A DNA stretch of 64,000 nt from Thiobacillus denitrificans (GTDB taxonomy: Bacteria; Pseudomonadota; Gammaproteobacteria; Burkholderiales; Thiobacillaceae). A program made the position numbers and the translations under genes. The stretch covers positions 17,220 through 81,219 of the forward strand of contig DILD01000028.1 in the NCBI GenBank assembly GCA_002424845.1. The letters are read 5' to 3'. This document shows, one piece after another, positions 31,917-43,204 of this stretch. The first letter of the stretch is position 1. Every line of letters begins with the position of its first letter. The notes below the pieces were generated by a model. The model searched no databases and was not told where the DNA came from. It was given only the letters and a program-made list of their open reading frames with translations.

Positions 31917-33112
31917 AACCAGGCGGTATGAAACTACGCATTCTTACCATTCTCGGCGCCACTGGCACCATCGGCGTAAACACGCTTGATGTGGTGGCGC
32001 GCCATCCGGATCGCTTTAAGGTCTTTGCCTTGACGGGCGCCACCCAGGTGGAGCGCATGGTCGAGCAGTGCCGCACCCATCGGCCGCGTTTTGCCGTGAT
32101 GAGCGAGCCAGCGGCAGCGGCCGCACTGCGCGCGCGGATTGCCGAAGAGAAGCTCGCGGTGACGGTGCTCGAAGGTGCCGCAGCCCTGACCGAGGTGGCC
32201 ACCGCCCCCGAGGTGGACACCCTGATGGCAGCAATCGTCGGCGCTGCCGGCTTGCCTGCCACGCTGGCGGCAGCGCAGGCCGGCAAGCGCATCCTGCTCG
32301 CCAATAAGGAAACGCTGGTGGTCTCCGGACAGCTGTTCATGGATGCCATTGCTGCCAGCGGTGCCGAACTGCTGCCGATCGATTCCGAGCACAATGCCAT
32401 CTTTCAGGCCTTGCCACGCGACTTCAATGGTGATTTTCAGCAGGCCGGCGTGAGTTCGTTGTGGCTCACCGCATCCGGCGGACCATTCCGCACCTTCTCG
32501 GCTGAAGCTATCGCTGTTGCCACGCCGGCGCAGGCAGTGGCGCATCCCAACTGGGTGATGGGAAAAAAGATTTCCGTCGACTCGGCGAGTCTGATGAACA
32601 AGGGACTCGAAGTGATCGAGGCGCGCTGGTTGTTCAACGCGCGTCCGGATCAGATCAAGGTGGTCGTGCACCCGCAGAGCATCGTCCACTCGATGGTCGA
32701 ATATGCGGATGGATCGGTGATCGCGCAGATGGGTACACCCGATATGCGCACGCCGATCGCGTATGCGTTGGGCTTCCCCGAGCGTATCGATGCAGGCGTT
32801 CCGGCGTTGGAGCTGTTGGGCAGGCAGCTTACCTTCGAGGCTCCCGACACCGAACGCTTCCCTTGCCTGCAACTGGCATTCAACGCACTTGCCGCCGGCG
32901 GTAATGCCGCAGCAGTGCTGAATGCCGCCAATGAAATCGCAGTGGCCCGCTTTCTCGATGGCGCGGTCCCGTTTGGCGCCATTGCCGCCAGCATTGCCCA
33001 TACTTTGGACAAACTGGCTGGCGGCGCGGCCGATACGCTTGAGGATCTGCTCGAATCCGATCGCCAGGCACGCCGTGTGGCTGATGCCTACCTTGGGGGC
33101 TTGCTTGCATGA
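31913..33112 (+). CDS. dxr: 1-deoxy-D-xylulose-5-phosphate reductoisomerase
   Basis: LGATGTIG, LANKE, PIDSEH, TASGGPF, HPNW.MG.KI; start 31913 or 31928. Confidence 0.97.
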   Translation: MKPGGMKLRILTILGATGTIGVNTLDVVARHPDRFKVFALTGATQVERMVEQCRTHRPRFAVMSEPAAAAALRARIAEEKLAVTVLEGAAALTEVATAPEVDTLMAAIVGAAGLPATLAAAQAGKRILLANKETLVVSGQLFMDAIAASGAELLPIDSEHNAIFQALPRDFNGDFQQAGVSSLWLTASGGPFRTFSAEAIAVATPAQAVAHPNWVMGKKISVDSASLMNKGLEVIEARWLFNARPDQIKVVVHPQSIVHSMVEYADGSVIAQMGTPDMRTPIAYALGFPERIDAGVPALELLGRQLTFEAPDTERFPCLQLAFNALAAGGNAAAVLNAANEIAVARFLDGAVPFGAIAASIAHTLDKLAGGAADTLEDLLESDRQARRVADAYLGGLLA

Positions 33113-34461
33113 GCGTACTGCACACCATTCTGTGGTTCCTGATCGCTATAGGCATTCTGGTCGTGGTGCACGAATTTGGCCATTACCTCGCCGCACGGCT
33201 GGCCGGCGTCAAGGTGCTGCGCTTCTCGGTCGGCTTCGGCAAGCCGCTGGTGAGCCGCCGCCTCGGCCGCGACCAGACTGAATGGACGCTGTCCGCACTG
33301 CCGTTCGGCGGCTACGTCAAAATGCTGGACGAGCGGGAGGGCGACGTTCCGGGGGCGGAGGCCCACCGAAGCTTTAATCGGGCGACGGTGTGGAGGCGTA
33401 TCGGCATCGTCGCTGCAGGTCCAGCCGCAAATTTTCTGCTGGCTATCGTTTTTTACTGGGCGCTGTTCCTGCACGGGGTGCCTGCGTTGAAACCGATCAT
33501 CGGCGACCCTCCCGGCGGCACGCCCGCCGCACATGCCGGTCTTGTGGGGGGTGACGAGATTCGCCGTGTAAATGGAGACGATATCGCATCGTTCCAGGAT
33601 TTACGCTTGAGCCTGCTGCGAGCCGGGGTCGCAGGCGGGCCGCTGAGGCTTGAATTGACCGATGGACGCATCATTCAGCTCGATGCCCAACCAGTAGAGA
33701 CGGAGAACCTGGAACGGGATATGCTGAGGCCGCTTGGCATCTTGCGTTATGACCCGGTGATTCAGCCGGTTATCGGCCAGGTGCTGGCCGATGGCGCTGC
33801 TGAGCGCGCAGGCTTCTTGTCCGGCGACCGTCTGCTCTCCGCAAACGGCCAAACCGTAACCAGTTGGCAGGACTGGGTGAAACTGATCCGCCAGCATCCG
33901 GCCAAGCCGCTGCGCATCGAGTACGAGCGGTTGGGGCAGCGAGGTGCGTTGGTCGTTGTGCCCGATGCGGTAGACGAAGCCGGTCAGCGCATCGGCAGAA
34001 TCGGCGCAGGCCCGCAGGTCGATGAATCGCTTATGGCCGCGCTGATGGTGGACGTGCGCTATGGTCCGTTGGAAGCCATCTGGCAGGGAACCGTCAAGAC
34101 CTGGGACATGAGTGTGTTCACACTTGAAATGATGGGCCGCATGGTGGTGGGCCAGGTGTCATGGAAAAACCTGTCGGGCCCGTTGACCATTGCCGATTAC
34201 GCAGGTCAGAGCGCGACGCTCGGGTGGATCAGCTTTGTGGGGTTCCTGGCTCTGGTGAGCGTGAGTCTGGGGGTGCTTAACCTGCTCCCCATCCCGCTAT
34301 TGGACGGGGGACACCTCATGTATTATGTTGCCGAGGTTTTGACTGGTCGCGCAGTATCCGAGCGCACCATGGAGATCGGCAGCCGGATCGGAATGTTTTT
34401 CCTGTTGTTGCTGATGTCATTTGCCCTGTTCAACGATTTGCAACGCCTGATTGGCCGGTGA
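33109..34461 (+). CDS. rseP: RIP metalloprotease RseP
   Basis: HEFGH, PFGGYVKM, PDZ domains, NLLPIPLLDGG. Confidence 0.96.
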   Translation: MSVLHTILWFLIAIGILVVVHEFGHYLAARLAGVKVLRFSVGFGKPLVSRRLGRDQTEWTLSALPFGGYVKMLDEREGDVPGAEAHRSFNRATVWRRIGIVAAGPAANFLLAIVFYWALFLHGVPALKPIIGDPPGGTPAAHAGLVGGDEIRRVNGDDIASFQDLRLSLLRAGVAGGPLRLELTDGRIIQLDAQPVETENLERDMLRPLGILRYDPVIQPVIGQVLADGAAERAGFLSGDRLLSANGQTVTSWQDWVKLIRQHPAKPLRIEYERLGQRGALVVVPDAVDEAGQRIGRIGAGPQVDESLMAALMVDVRYGPLEAIWQGTVKTWDMSVFTLEMMGRMVVGQVSWKNLSGPLTIADYAGQSATLGWISFVGFLALVSVSLGVLNLLPIPLLDGGHLMYYVAEVLTGRAVSERTMEIGSRIGMFFLLLLMSFALFNDLQRLIGR

Positions 34462-34469
34462 AAATAACT

Positions 34470-36767
34470 ATGACCCTGAACCGTTTGACGCTTGCGCTTG
34501 CTGCTGTGTTCGCCGCGCAAACTGCTTTTGCCGAAGAACCTTTTGTCGTCAAGGATATCCGGGTTGAAGGCATCCAACGTACCGAGGCGGGCACGGTGTT
34601 CAGCTACCTTCCTGTCAAGGTTGGCGATGTGATGACCGACGAGAAAACCGCGGCTGCCATCAAGGCCTTGTACGCGACCGGTTTTTTCAAGGATGTTCGG
34701 CTCGAGGCGCGTGACGGCGTGGTGATTGTTACCGTTGAGGAGCGGCCCTCCATTGCCAGGATCACCCTGACCGGCATCAAGGAATTCTCCGAGGACGATC
34801 TGAAGAATGGCCTCAAGCAGACCGGGGTGGCGGAAGGACGCGTGCTTGATCGCGCCATGCTCGAGAAGGCGGAGCAGGAACTGCAACGACAATATTTCAA
34901 CCGCGGCAAGTATGCGGTGGAGATCAAGTCGACATTAACGCCTCTGGAGCGTAATCGGGTTGCCGTGCAGTTTGATGTGGTGGAAGGCGATAGCGCGAGA
35001 ATCCAGCAGATCAACATTGTCGGCAACAAGGCGTTTCAGGAAAAAGAGTTGCTGAAGCAGTTTACGTCGAGCACGTCGGGCTGGCTGACCTGGTATACCA
35101 AGAACGATCAGTATTCCAAGGCACGTCTTGGCGGCGATATCGAGGCCCTGCGCTCGTTCTACCTCAATCGCGGTTACCTTGAGTTCAACGTCGAGTCCAC
35201 CCAGGTGTCGATTTCACCTGACAAGCAGGGCATCTACATCACTGTCAACGTGACTGAAGGACCTCAGTACAAAGTATCGGACGTCAAACTGGCAGGGCAG
35301 ATGCTGGTGCCGGAAGCCGAGCTACAGAAGCTCATCACCGTCAAACCGGGCGAGATTTTTGTGCGTGATCGTCTGACCGAGACTACCAAGCGAATCGGTG
35401 ACCGCCTTGGGAACGACGGCTATGCCTTTGCCAACGTCAATGCAGTCCCTGAACTGGACAAGCAGAATGGTCAGGTTGCCTTCACGTTGTTTGTCGACCC
35501 CGGTCGGCGAGTCTATGTGAACCGTGTCAACGTGGCAGGAAACACCAAGACGCGCGATGAAGTGATACGTCGGGAAATCCGGCAAATGGAAGGTGCGTAT
35601 TACGACGCTGAAAAGATCAACCGTTCGCGAGACCGGCTTAATCGATTGGGTTTTTTCGGGGAAGTGAATATCGAAACGCCTAGCGTGGCAGGCACCACCG
35701 ATCAGGTCGACGTCAATGTGAGCGTGTCCGAGAAATCGACCGGCAGTGTGATGCTGGGTGCGGGCTTTTCATCGTCTGAAGGACTGGTGCTATCGGGCTC
35801 GGTCTCGCAGGGCAACGTATTTGGAACCGGTAATCGCCTGTCGGCACAGATCAACTCGGGTAGTGTCAACACCGTCTATTCGCTGTCATACACCAATCCG
35901 TATTACACCATTGATGGTATTAGCCTGGGTTACGACATCTACCGGCGCGACGTTGACGCGAGTGAGCTCGATAATGTCGAGGATTACGAGACCTCGACAT
36001 ATGGTGCGGGGTTGCGATTTGGCCTGCCGGTTAATGAGCGTGACTTCATTACATTGGGTTTGAGCTACGAGCAGACCTCGCTTACCACGACGGCGACCAG
36101 CGGGCCGCAGTTCAATTTTGTCGACATCTTTGGTAATGATAACGATACCCTGCGCCTTGACACGGCGTGGGCACGCGACACCCGCAATAGTGCCCTGTTC
36201 CCGACGAAGGGTTTGCTTCAGCGGGTGTCGGCAGAAATAGGGACCCCGGCCGGTAGCCTGCAATACTACAAACTATCCCTGCAACACCAGCAGTACTTCT
36301 CCCTTAGCAAGACTTTCACGCTTATGCTGAACGGCGAAGTGGGAATCGGCGAAGGGCTATCAGGCAAACCGCTCCCCTTCTTCAAGAATTTTTATGCAGG
36401 CGGCACGAGTTCGGTACGTGGCTTTGAGAACGGAACCCTTGGCCCCAAGGATGCATTCGGTGACGCTCTCGGGGGTGATAAGCGTGTACTTGCCAATGCG
36501 GAACTCTTTTTCCCGCTACCGGGACTCAAGGATGAGCAGTCGCTGAGAATGTCGGCTTTTATCGATGCCGGTGCTTCATTCGGTCCTTATGATGTCAATG
36601 GGCAGTACAAGGAATTTGCCTTTGACGACTTGCGTTATTCAGCCGGGTTGGCGGTGCTCTGGGTTTCACCGATGGGGCCGCTCAAGTTCAGCCTGGCACA
36701 GCCGCTGGTCAGCAAAACAGGCGACAAGAAAGAGGTATTCCAGTTCACCATGGGCAATGTGTTCTAA
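34470..36767 (+). CDS. bamA: Outer membrane protein assembly factor BamA
   Basis: Signal peptide, POTRA repeats, GGTSSVRGF, C-terminal Phe. Confidence 0.97.
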   Translation: MTLNRLTLALAAVFAAQTAFAEEPFVVKDIRVEGIQRTEAGTVFSYLPVKVGDVMTDEKTAAAIKALYATGFFKDVRLEARDGVVIVTVEERPSIARITLTGIKEFSEDDLKNGLKQTGVAEGRVLDRAMLEKAEQELQRQYFNRGKYAVEIKSTLTPLERNRVAVQFDVVEGDSARIQQINIVGNKAFQEKELLKQFTSSTSGWLTWYTKNDQYSKARLGGDIEALRSFYLNRGYLEFNVESTQVSISPDKQGIYITVNVTEGPQYKVSDVKLAGQMLVPEAELQKLITVKPGEIFVRDRLTETTKRIGDRLGNDGYAFANVNAVPELDKQNGQVAFTLFVDPGRRVYVNRVNVAGNTKTRDEVIRREIRQMEGAYYDAEKINRSRDRLNRLGFFGEVNIETPSVAGTTDQVDVNVSVSEKSTGSVMLGAGFSSSEGLVLSGSVSQGNVFGTGNRLSAQINSGSVNTVYSLSYTNPYYTIDGISLGYDIYRRDVDASELDNVEDYETSTYGAGLRFGLPVNERDFITLGLSYEQTSLTTTATSGPQFNFVDIFGNDNDTLRLDTAWARDTRNSALFPTKGLLQRVSAEIGTPAGSLQYYKLSLQHQQYFSLSKTFTLMLNGEVGIGEGLSGKPLPFFKNFYAGGTSSVRGFENGTLGPKDAFGDALGGDKRVLANAELFFPLPGLKDEQSLRMSAFIDAGASFGPYDVNGQYKEFAFDDLRYSAGLAVLWVSPMGPLKFSLAQPLVSKTGDKKEVFQFTMGNVF

Positions 36768-36795
36768 GCTAGGCCGTTTCCGGAGTAAGTTGAAG

Positions 36796-37299
36796 ATGAT
36801 CACGATCAAGCAGTTTGCAGTTTCCCTGGTTTTGGCGACCGCATGTGCGGCTGTGCCGGCCTTGGCCAATACTAAAATCGGTTTTGTGAATACTGAGCGT
36901 CTGCTGCGCGAAGCCCCGCTTTCCGTTTCGGCCCAGAAGAAGCTGGAGCGTGAATTTGCAGCGCGCGAGCAGGAACTGCAGAAGCTCGCCAAACAGGCGC
37001 GTGACTTGCAGGCCCAGCTCGACAAAGACGGCGTTACCATGTCGGAAAACGATCGCAAGGCGAAGGAGCGCGATTTAGGGAGTCTCAATCGCGACCTGCA
37101 GCGCCAGGGCCGGGAGTTCCGTGAAGACCTTAACCTGCGGCGTAACGAAGAGTTGGGCCAGATACAGGAGCGCGCGCGCAAGGCAATTCAGGATATCGCC
37201 AAAGCTGAGAAGTTTGATCTGATCGTCGAGCAGGCAGTCTACGTCGATCCCAAAAGCGACATCACCGAGCGGGTGATGAAGGTGCTGGGCACAAGATAA
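36796..37299 (+). CDS. skp: Periplasmic chaperone Skp/OmpH
   Basis: Signal peptide, KIGFVN, coiled coil, DITERV; position between bamA and lpxD. Confidence 0.93.
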   Translation: MITIKQFAVSLVLATACAAVPALANTKIGFVNTERLLREAPLSVSAQKKLEREFAAREQELQKLAKQARDLQAQLDKDGVTMSENDRKAKERDLGSLNRDLQRQGREFREDLNLRRNEELGQIQERARKAIQDIAKAEKFDLIVEQAVYVDPKSDITERVMKVLGTR

Positions 37300-37343
37300 A
37301 ACTGTTGCGAAGAAAATCTGACCGTGGAACACAACCGTAGCCG

Positions 37344-38375
37344 ATGGCAGTAACCCTGGAAGCCTTGGTTGCCCGCTTTGGCGGGGAACTCGTGGGTGAT
37401 GGCACACGAGTGGTGACTCAGGTTGCGCCGCTGGATCGCGCCACTTCCAGTGAGATCGGATTCGTCTCACAGCGCAAGTATCTTGCGCAGCTCGCCGATA
37501 CGCATGCGGGCGCGGTCATCCTCCCGAGCGATGCGCGTGATGCCACCCGGCTACCGCGTATTCTGACACCCAATCCCTATCTGTATTTTGCGCGTGTTTC
37601 CGCCTTGCTCAATCCGGCGCCGCGACCTGCGGCAGGCATTCATGCAACTGCTGACGTCGCTCCGGACGCCGAGGTTGCTCCTGACGCCAGCATTGCTGCA
37701 GGCGCGGTGATCGGCAGCGGCGCGGTGATCGGGGCACGCACCGTGATCGGCCCCAACTGCGTCGTGGGCGACCATGCTCGCATAGGCGCGGACTGCCTGT
37801 TGTACGCCCATGTCACTGTTTATCACCGCTGTGAAGTGGGTAACCGTGCCATCCTTCATTCAGGATGTGTCATCGGTGCCGATGGCTTCGGTTTTGCACC
37901 GAACGAGGGGCGCTGGGAAAAGATTCCGCAGATCGGGCGGGTGCTGATCGGCGATGATGTTGAAGTCGGTGCCTGCACCACCATAGACCGCGGTGCCCTG
38001 GAAGATACGGTGGTCGAGGAGGGGGTCAAGCTCGACAATCTGGTTCAGGTTGCGCACAACGTGGTGATCGGTGCGCATACGGTCATTGCAGGCTGCACCG
38101 GGATCGCGGGCAGTGCAAAAATCGGTCGCAATTGCATGATCGGCGGCGCAGCCATGATCTTCGGTCATATCGAAATCGCCGACGGCACCCGCATTTCGAC
38201 CAATACGCTGATCACCAAATCGCTGCCGAAAGCAGGAACTTACACTTCGGCGCCGCCGTTTTCCGAGCACGAGGTCTGGCAGAAAAACGCCGTCCACATG
38301 CGCAACCTCGACAAACTGGTGAACCGCGTCAAGCAGCTTGAAAAACGACTTAACGAACTGGAAAGTAAATCATGA
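37344..38375 (+). CDS. lpxD: UDP-3-O-(3-hydroxymyristoyl)glucosamine N-acyltransferase
   Basis: Hexapeptide repeats, [24 protein letters not shown]. Confidence 0.97.
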   Translation: MAVTLEALVARFGGELVGDGTRVVTQVAPLDRATSSEIGFVSQRKYLAQLADTHAGAVILPSDARDATRLPRILTPNPYLYFARVSALLNPAPRPAAGIHATADVAPDAEVAPDASIAAGAVIGSGAVIGARTVIGPNCVVGDHARIGADCLLYAHVTVYHRCEVGNRAILHSGCVIGADGFGFAPNEGRWEKIPQIGRVLIGDDVEVGACTTIDRGALEDTVVEEGVKLDNLVQVAHNVVIGAHTVIAGCTGIAGSAKIGRNCMIGGAAMIFGHIEIADGTRISTNTLITKSLPKAGTYTSAPPFSEHEVWQKNAVHMRNLDKLVNRVKQLEKRLNELESKS

Positions 38376-38818
38376 GCGTGATGGAAATCGAGCAGGTCAT
38401 GCAGTACCTGCCACACCGCTACCCCTTTCTGCTGATCGACAAGGTCACCGAGCTCGAACTCGGCAAGACCATTACCGCGATCAAGAACGTCACCATTAAC
38501 GAGCCCTTCTTTCCGGGCCATTTCCCTGGCGCGCCGGTGATGCCCGGGGTGCTGATTCTCGAAGCGATGGCGCAGGCGGCAGCGATCCTGTCCTTCAAGA
38601 CCAAGAATATCGCGCCGGAAGATATTGGTATCGTTTACTTCGCTGGCATCGACGGCGCCCGTTTCAAGAAACCGGTCAAGCCAGGCGACCAGCTGGTTCT
38701 TAAAGTCGGTATCGTGCGTGAAATGCGCGGCATCTGGAAATACACCGGACGCGCAGAAGTTGACGGTGTGCTGGTGGCTGAAGCCGAGTTGATGGCCACG
38801 CTGCGCGATAAACCCTGA
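38372..38818 (+). CDS. fabZ: 3-hydroxyacyl-ACP dehydratase
   Basis: [25 protein letters not shown]. Confidence 0.98.
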   Translation: MSVMEIEQVMQYLPHRYPFLLIDKVTELELGKTITAIKNVTINEPFFPGHFPGAPVMPGVLILEAMAQAAAILSFKTKNIAPEDIGIVYFAGIDGARFKKPVKPGDQLVLKVGIVREMRGIWKYTGRAEVDGVLVAEAELMATLRDKP

Positions 38819-38819
38819 C

Positions 38820-39596
38820 ATGGCAACGATTCACCCTACTGCGTTGGTCGCCGCAGGCGCGCGTCTCGCCGACGACGTTGAAATCGGTCCTTACACGGTT
38901 ATCGGAGACCACGTCGAAATCGGCTCTGGTACGACAGTCGGCGCGCATGCAGTGATTACCGGCCACACAAAAATTGGTGCGCACAACACAATTTTCCATT
39001 TTGTCTCGCTCGGCGAGGCGCCCCAAGACAAGAAATATGCGGGTGAGCCGACCCGGCTCGAAATCGGCGACCACAACGTCATCCGCGAGTTCTGCACGTT
39101 CAATACCGGCACCGTGCAGGACCGTGGTGTCACCACCATCGGCAGCCACAACTGGATTATGGCCTACGTCCACATCGCACACGACTGCGTGGTGGGCGAC
39201 CACACCATATTCGCCAACAACGCCTCATTGGCGGGGCATTCGGAAGTGGGCGACTGGGCGATTCTCGGTGGCTTTACTGGTGTTCACCAGTTCTGCAAGA
39301 TCGGCGCTCACGTCATGACCGGGATATCCAGCGTGGTGTTCAAGGACATCCCGCCCTTTGTCATGGCAGCGGGCCAGCCTGCGGCGCCGCACGGACTCAA
39401 TAATGAGGGTCTTAAACGTCGTGGATTCTCTGCCGAGTCGCTGGCAGCCCTGAAGCGTGCATACAAGACACTTTACCGGGAAGGAAATACGCTGGCCGAG
39501 GCTCAGGCCAGACTCGCGCCCGAGGCGGAAAAAAATGCCGAAGTACGGCAGTTGCTCGATTTCCTCGCACGCGCCGAGCGCGGCATCATCCGGTGA
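38820..39596 (+). CDS. lpxA: UDP-N-acetylglucosamine O-acyltransferase
   Basis: IHPTA, PQDKKY, HIAHDC, VHQFC. Confidence 0.98.
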   Translation: MATIHPTALVAAGARLADDVEIGPYTVIGDHVEIGSGTTVGAHAVITGHTKIGAHNTIFHFVSLGEAPQDKKYAGEPTRLEIGDHNVIREFCTFNTGTVQDRGVTTIGSHNWIMAYVHIAHDCVVGDHTIFANNASLAGHSEVGDWAILGGFTGVHQFCKIGAHVMTGISSVVFKDIPPFVMAAGQPAAPHGLNNEGLKRRGFSAESLAALKRAYKTLYREGNTLAEAQARLAPEAEKNAEVRQLLDFLARAERGIIR

Positions 39597-40717
39597 TTGA
39601 TCTGGGTCTGGTCGCCGGCGAAGCGTCCGGCGATCTCCTTGGTGCGCACTTCGTCGCCGCACTGAAACAAACCCACCCTCATTTGCGCACAGCCGGAATT
39701 GCCGGTCCGCGCATGGTCGAGGCCGGCGTCGAGGCGATTTATCCAAGCGACAAACTGGCGGTCAACGGTTATGTCGAGGTGTTGCGGCATTTGCCTGAAC
39801 TTTTGTGGATACGCGCCCGCATAACGAGCCATTTTTTGCGCGAGCGCCCCCGTGCATTCGTTGGCATCGACGCGCCCGATTTCAATTTCACGCTGGAAGC
39901 GAAGCTGAAGCACGCAGGGGTTCCTACCGTGCATTTTGTCAGCCCTTCGATTTGGGCATGGCGGCCCGAGCGCATCCATCGCATCAAGCAGGCGGTGTCG
40001 CACATGCTGGTGGTGTTTCCTTTCGAAGAGCAGATTTATCGCGACGCAGGCATTCCGGTCAGCTATGTCGGCCACCCGCTGGCCGACGTGATTCCGCTGG
40101 AACCCGATACCGCAGCGGCACGCACTGAATTGGGCTTGGGGCCCGGTCCGGTGATCGCATTGTTGCCAGGGAGCCGGCTGAGCGAAGTAACGCGGCATGC
40201 GCGCCTGATGCTTGAGGCCGCCGTGCGCATTCGACAGCAGCATGCAGGCGCGCAGTTCGTGCTGCCCGCTGCAAGCGAGGCGGCCGCGTGCTTGATTCGC
40301 CAGGCGGCACAGGGTCTGGATTTGCCACTGCGCATTCTGGCGGGGCAGTCACATTCCGCCTTGGCAGCGTGCGATGTCGCCCTGGTGGCCTCGGGCACCG
40401 CTACGCTTGAAGCGGCGCTGTTCAAGAAGCCCATGGTGATCACTTACCGTGTGCCTGCACTGACAGCATATTTGATGCGCAAGAAAGCGCTGCAACCCTG
40501 GATCGGACTACCGAACATCCTGGCCCGTGACTTTGTGGTGCCGGAGCGGGTGCAGGAAGCCGCTACGCCCGAGAATCTGGCAAGCGATGCGCTGGCCTGG
40601 CTGGACGATGCGCCGCGCCGGGGAGCTGTCATCGAGACCTTTCACGCCATGCATGAGCGTCTGAGACAAAATGCCAGCGTGCGCATTGCCGAGGCACTCG
40701 AGCCTTATTTGGTATGA
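39593..40717 (+). CDS. lpxB: Lipid-A-disaccharide synthase
   Basis: [35 protein letters not shown]. Confidence 0.97.
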   Translation: MIDLGLVAGEASGDLLGAHFVAALKQTHPHLRTAGIAGPRMVEAGVEAIYPSDKLAVNGYVEVLRHLPELLWIRARITSHFLRERPRAFVGIDAPDFNFTLEAKLKHAGVPTVHFVSPSIWAWRPERIHRIKQAVSHMLVVFPFEEQIYRDAGIPVSYVGHPLADVIPLEPDTAAARTELGLGPGPVIALLPGSRLSEVTRHARLMLEAAVRIRQQHAGAQFVLPAASEAAACLIRQAAQGLDLPLRILAGQSHSALAACDVALVASGTATLEAALFKKPMVITYRVPALTAYLMRKKALQPWIGLPNILARDFVVPERVQEAATPENLASDALAWLDDAPRRGAVIETFHAMHERLRQNASVRIAEALEPYLV

Positions 40718-41334
40718 GCATGGCATCGCGCCAGACCATTATTTTGCACGTTGGCCCGCTCGGGCTGTGCGGTGTCGATGAAGCCGGTCGTGGTCCGCTG
40801 GCTGGGCCGGTGACGGCAGCGGCCGTCATGCTCGATCCCGGGCGCCCGATTGGCGGCCTGCGTGATTCAAAAAAGCTTTCTGCCGCAGCACGGGAACGCC
40901 TGGCCGAAGCAATTCGCGAACAGGCCGTCGCCTGGTGCGTGGCTGAGGCCAGCGTCGCCGAGATCGACCAGTTGAACATCCTGCACGCCACGATGCTGGC
41001 GATGCAGCGTGCCGTCGCGGGGCTTGGCCGTAAGCCGGACGAAGTCTGGGTCGATGGCAACCGTTGTCCAAACTGGGCATGGCGTTCTCAGGCGGTCGTC
41101 AAGGGTGACGATAAGGTGGCTGCAATCGCGGCGGCTTCGATTCTTGCCAAGACCGCGCGCGACCAGTTCATGCGCCAGCTTCACAATGACTATCCGGCTT
41201 ATGGCTTCGCGCAGCACATGGGGTATGGCACCGCTGCGCATTTGGCTGCATTGAAGACGCATGGCGCCTGCCCCCAGCATCGCAGAAGTTTTGCTCCGGT
41301 TAAACTGGTCCTTGATCAAGCTGTTTTGTTCTGA
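40714..41334 (+). CDS. rnhB: Ribonuclease HII
   Basis: [36 protein letters not shown]. Confidence 0.97.
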   Translation: MSMASRQTIILHVGPLGLCGVDEAGRGPLAGPVTAAAVMLDPGRPIGGLRDSKKLSAAARERLAEAIREQAVAWCVAEASVAEIDQLNILHATMLAMQRAVAGLGRKPDEVWVDGNRCPNWAWRSQAVVKGDDKVAAIAAASILAKTARDQFMRQLHNDYPAYGFAQHMGYGTAAHLAALKTHGACPQHRRSFAPVKLVLDQAVLF

Positions 41335-41345
41335 AAGAAAACGCC

Positions 41346-41798
41346 ATGACACTGTCTCTGTTCTTGCACGTTTTGGGTGTTGTTGTCTGGGTTGGCGGCA
41401 TGTTTTTCGCCTACATGGCACTACGTCCGGTGGCTGCAAGCGTGCTGGAACCACCGCAGCGGCTGGCCCTGTGGGCCGGCGTATTTGCCCGGTTCTTCCC
41501 TTGGGTCTGGGCATCGGTGCTGCTGATCCTGCTGAGCGGCCTGCATATGCTGATGGTGTTCGGCGGCATGGCCGCGCCCCATTACGCCATGACCATGCTG
41601 GTGCTGGGTGTGGCGATGATGCTTATATTCGCGCACGTTTTCTTCGCACCGTATAAAAAACTCAGGCACGCGGTCGGTGAGCAGGACTGGAAAGCCGGTG
41701 GCGCAGCCCTTGCCCAGATCCGAAAGCTGATTGGCATCAATCTTTCCATTGGTCTGATCACGATCGCAGTGGTTTTCCTCGGTCGAGCGTTCACCTGA
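41346..41798 (+). CDS. CopD-like four-TM membrane protein
   Basis: LHVLGVVVWVGGMFF motif, four hydrophobic segments. Confidence 0.75.
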   Translation: MTLSLFLHVLGVVVWVGGMFFAYMALRPVAASVLEPPQRLALWAGVFARFFPWVWASVLLILLSGLHMLMVFGGMAAPHYAMTMLVLGVAMMLIFAHVFFAPYKKLRHAVGEQDWKAGGAALAQIRKLIGINLSIGLITIAVVFLGRAFT

Positions 41799-42155
41799 TC
41801 AGGGCTCGTCCTGCTGCGGTGCCGCCAGCAACTGGCGCACAGCCTGACGGATGGCCTCCTGCCGTGCCTCGCACTGCAGTTCCGCATGGAAGCGGCCGTC
41901 GCGATACAGATACACCGTCGGCAGATGGAAAATGCCGAAATAGCGTGCCACCCCGGTGGCTTCGCCGACATCGACTTCGAACAGGCTGTTGGCCAGCCCG
42001 GACAAGGCATCGGGAAGCAGGTGTTTCCATGCCCTGCATGAACCGCAATGCGGCGCGCCGAACAGCACCACAGCGACGCCGGCCGTGGCGGCGAGGCGGG
42101 CGTGAAACGCACCCTCGGCCAAGGGTGAGAAAACGGGTAGGGCGACGGGCTCCAC
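41799..42155 (-). CDS. Thioredoxin-fold protein
   Basis: FGAPHCGSC (CxxC), FEVD, FHLPT; GTG start inferred. Confidence 0.78.
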   Translation of the reverse strand: MEPVALPVFSPLAEGAFHARLAATAGVAVVLFGAPHCGSCRAWKHLLPDALSGLANSLFEVDVGEATGVARYFGIFHLPTVYLYRDGRFHAELQCEARQEAIRQAVRQLLAAPQQDEP

Positions 42156-42192
42156 GCTGCTAGAATCGCCATTTTTCCGCCGGCGGACTTTC

Positions 42193-43194
42193 ATGATCTT
42201 TCTCGAGCTTCTGGGTTTTCTGCTGGTCATCCTCGTGGCGGCGGAAATCTTTGTCAATGCGCTCGAACACCTGGGCGAGAGGCTAAAAATATCGGAAGGG
42301 GTGACCGGTTCGCTGTTCGCAGCGGTGGGTACCGCCATGCCGGAAACGCTTGTCCCCCTGCTGGCAATTTTTGCCACTACAGGCAATGCGGCAACCAATG
42401 AAGAAATCGGCGTCGGCGCGATTCTCGGTGCACCGCTGATGCTGTCGACCTTGTCATTGTGCCTGATGAGTGTGGCGGTGCTGAAACGGCGCGGCCTTCA
42501 GGGTCACTTGAGTCCAGAAAGAACGGGCCTCAAGCGTGACCTGGATTTCTTTCTGATGGCCTTCCTTCTTGCATTTGTCGCCATGTTTATTCCACATGGC
42601 GAAGGATGGGTGCGTGGCGCGCTTGCCTTTGCCATGGTCCTGATCTATTTCGTGTACGTGATGATGACCCTGCGTGCTTCGGCCAAACTGGTCGAGGATG
42701 GCCATGCCACCGAGGCCAGTTCGCCCATGCTGCTGACCCGTCTGGGACTGCCGCAGAATTTGTTATTTATCATGGTGCAGCTGGCGCTGGGATTGGCCTT
42801 GCTGGTCGCCGGTGCCAAGGGCTTCATCCACGGCGTGGAAGAAGCCGCGCCCATCATTGGCATCTCCGCGCTGCTGCTTTCGCTGCTGATCATCCCGATT
42901 GCGACCGAGCTGCCGGAAAAGGTGAATTCGATCCTGTGGATCCGCAAGCGCAAGGATACGCTGGCGTTCGGCAATATCACCGGCGCCATGGTGTTCCAAG
43001 GCACGTTGCTGCCCGCCATCGGTATCTCACTGACGCCGTGGGTGCCCCAGAAGGAGGTGCTGCTGGGTGTGCTGATCACACTGGCCGCGGCGTTCTGGTT
43101 GCGCTGGGCCGCGTTGAGTGGCGGGCTTCGCGTGTGGCACCTGTTCGTCAACGGGGCACTTTACGTGACCTATCTGACCGCTGTTCTGCTCTGA
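42193..43194 (+). CDS. Sodium:calcium antiporter (CaCA family)
   Basis: Alpha repeats GTAMPE and ATELPE, GNITG; ~10 TM. Confidence 0.9.
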   Translation: MIFLELLGFLLVILVAAEIFVNALEHLGERLKISEGVTGSLFAAVGTAMPETLVPLLAIFATTGNAATNEEIGVGAILGAPLMLSTLSLCLMSVAVLKRRGLQGHLSPERTGLKRDLDFFLMAFLLAFVAMFIPHGEGWVRGALAFAMVLIYFVYVMMTLRASAKLVEDGHATEASSPMLLTRLGLPQNLLFIMVQLALGLALLVAGAKGFIHGVEEAAPIIGISALLLSLLIIPIATELPEKVNSILWIRKRKDTLAFGNITGAMVFQGTLLPAIGISLTPWVPQKEVLLGVLITLAAAFWLRWAALSGGLRVWHLFVNGALYVTYLTAVLL

Positions 43195-43204
43195 ACGATT
43201 CTCC

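Noticed and set aside
31911-31934. GTATGAAAC repeated twice at the cdsA/dxr junction
   Set aside because: 9-bp micro-duplication that only makes the dxr start ambiguous
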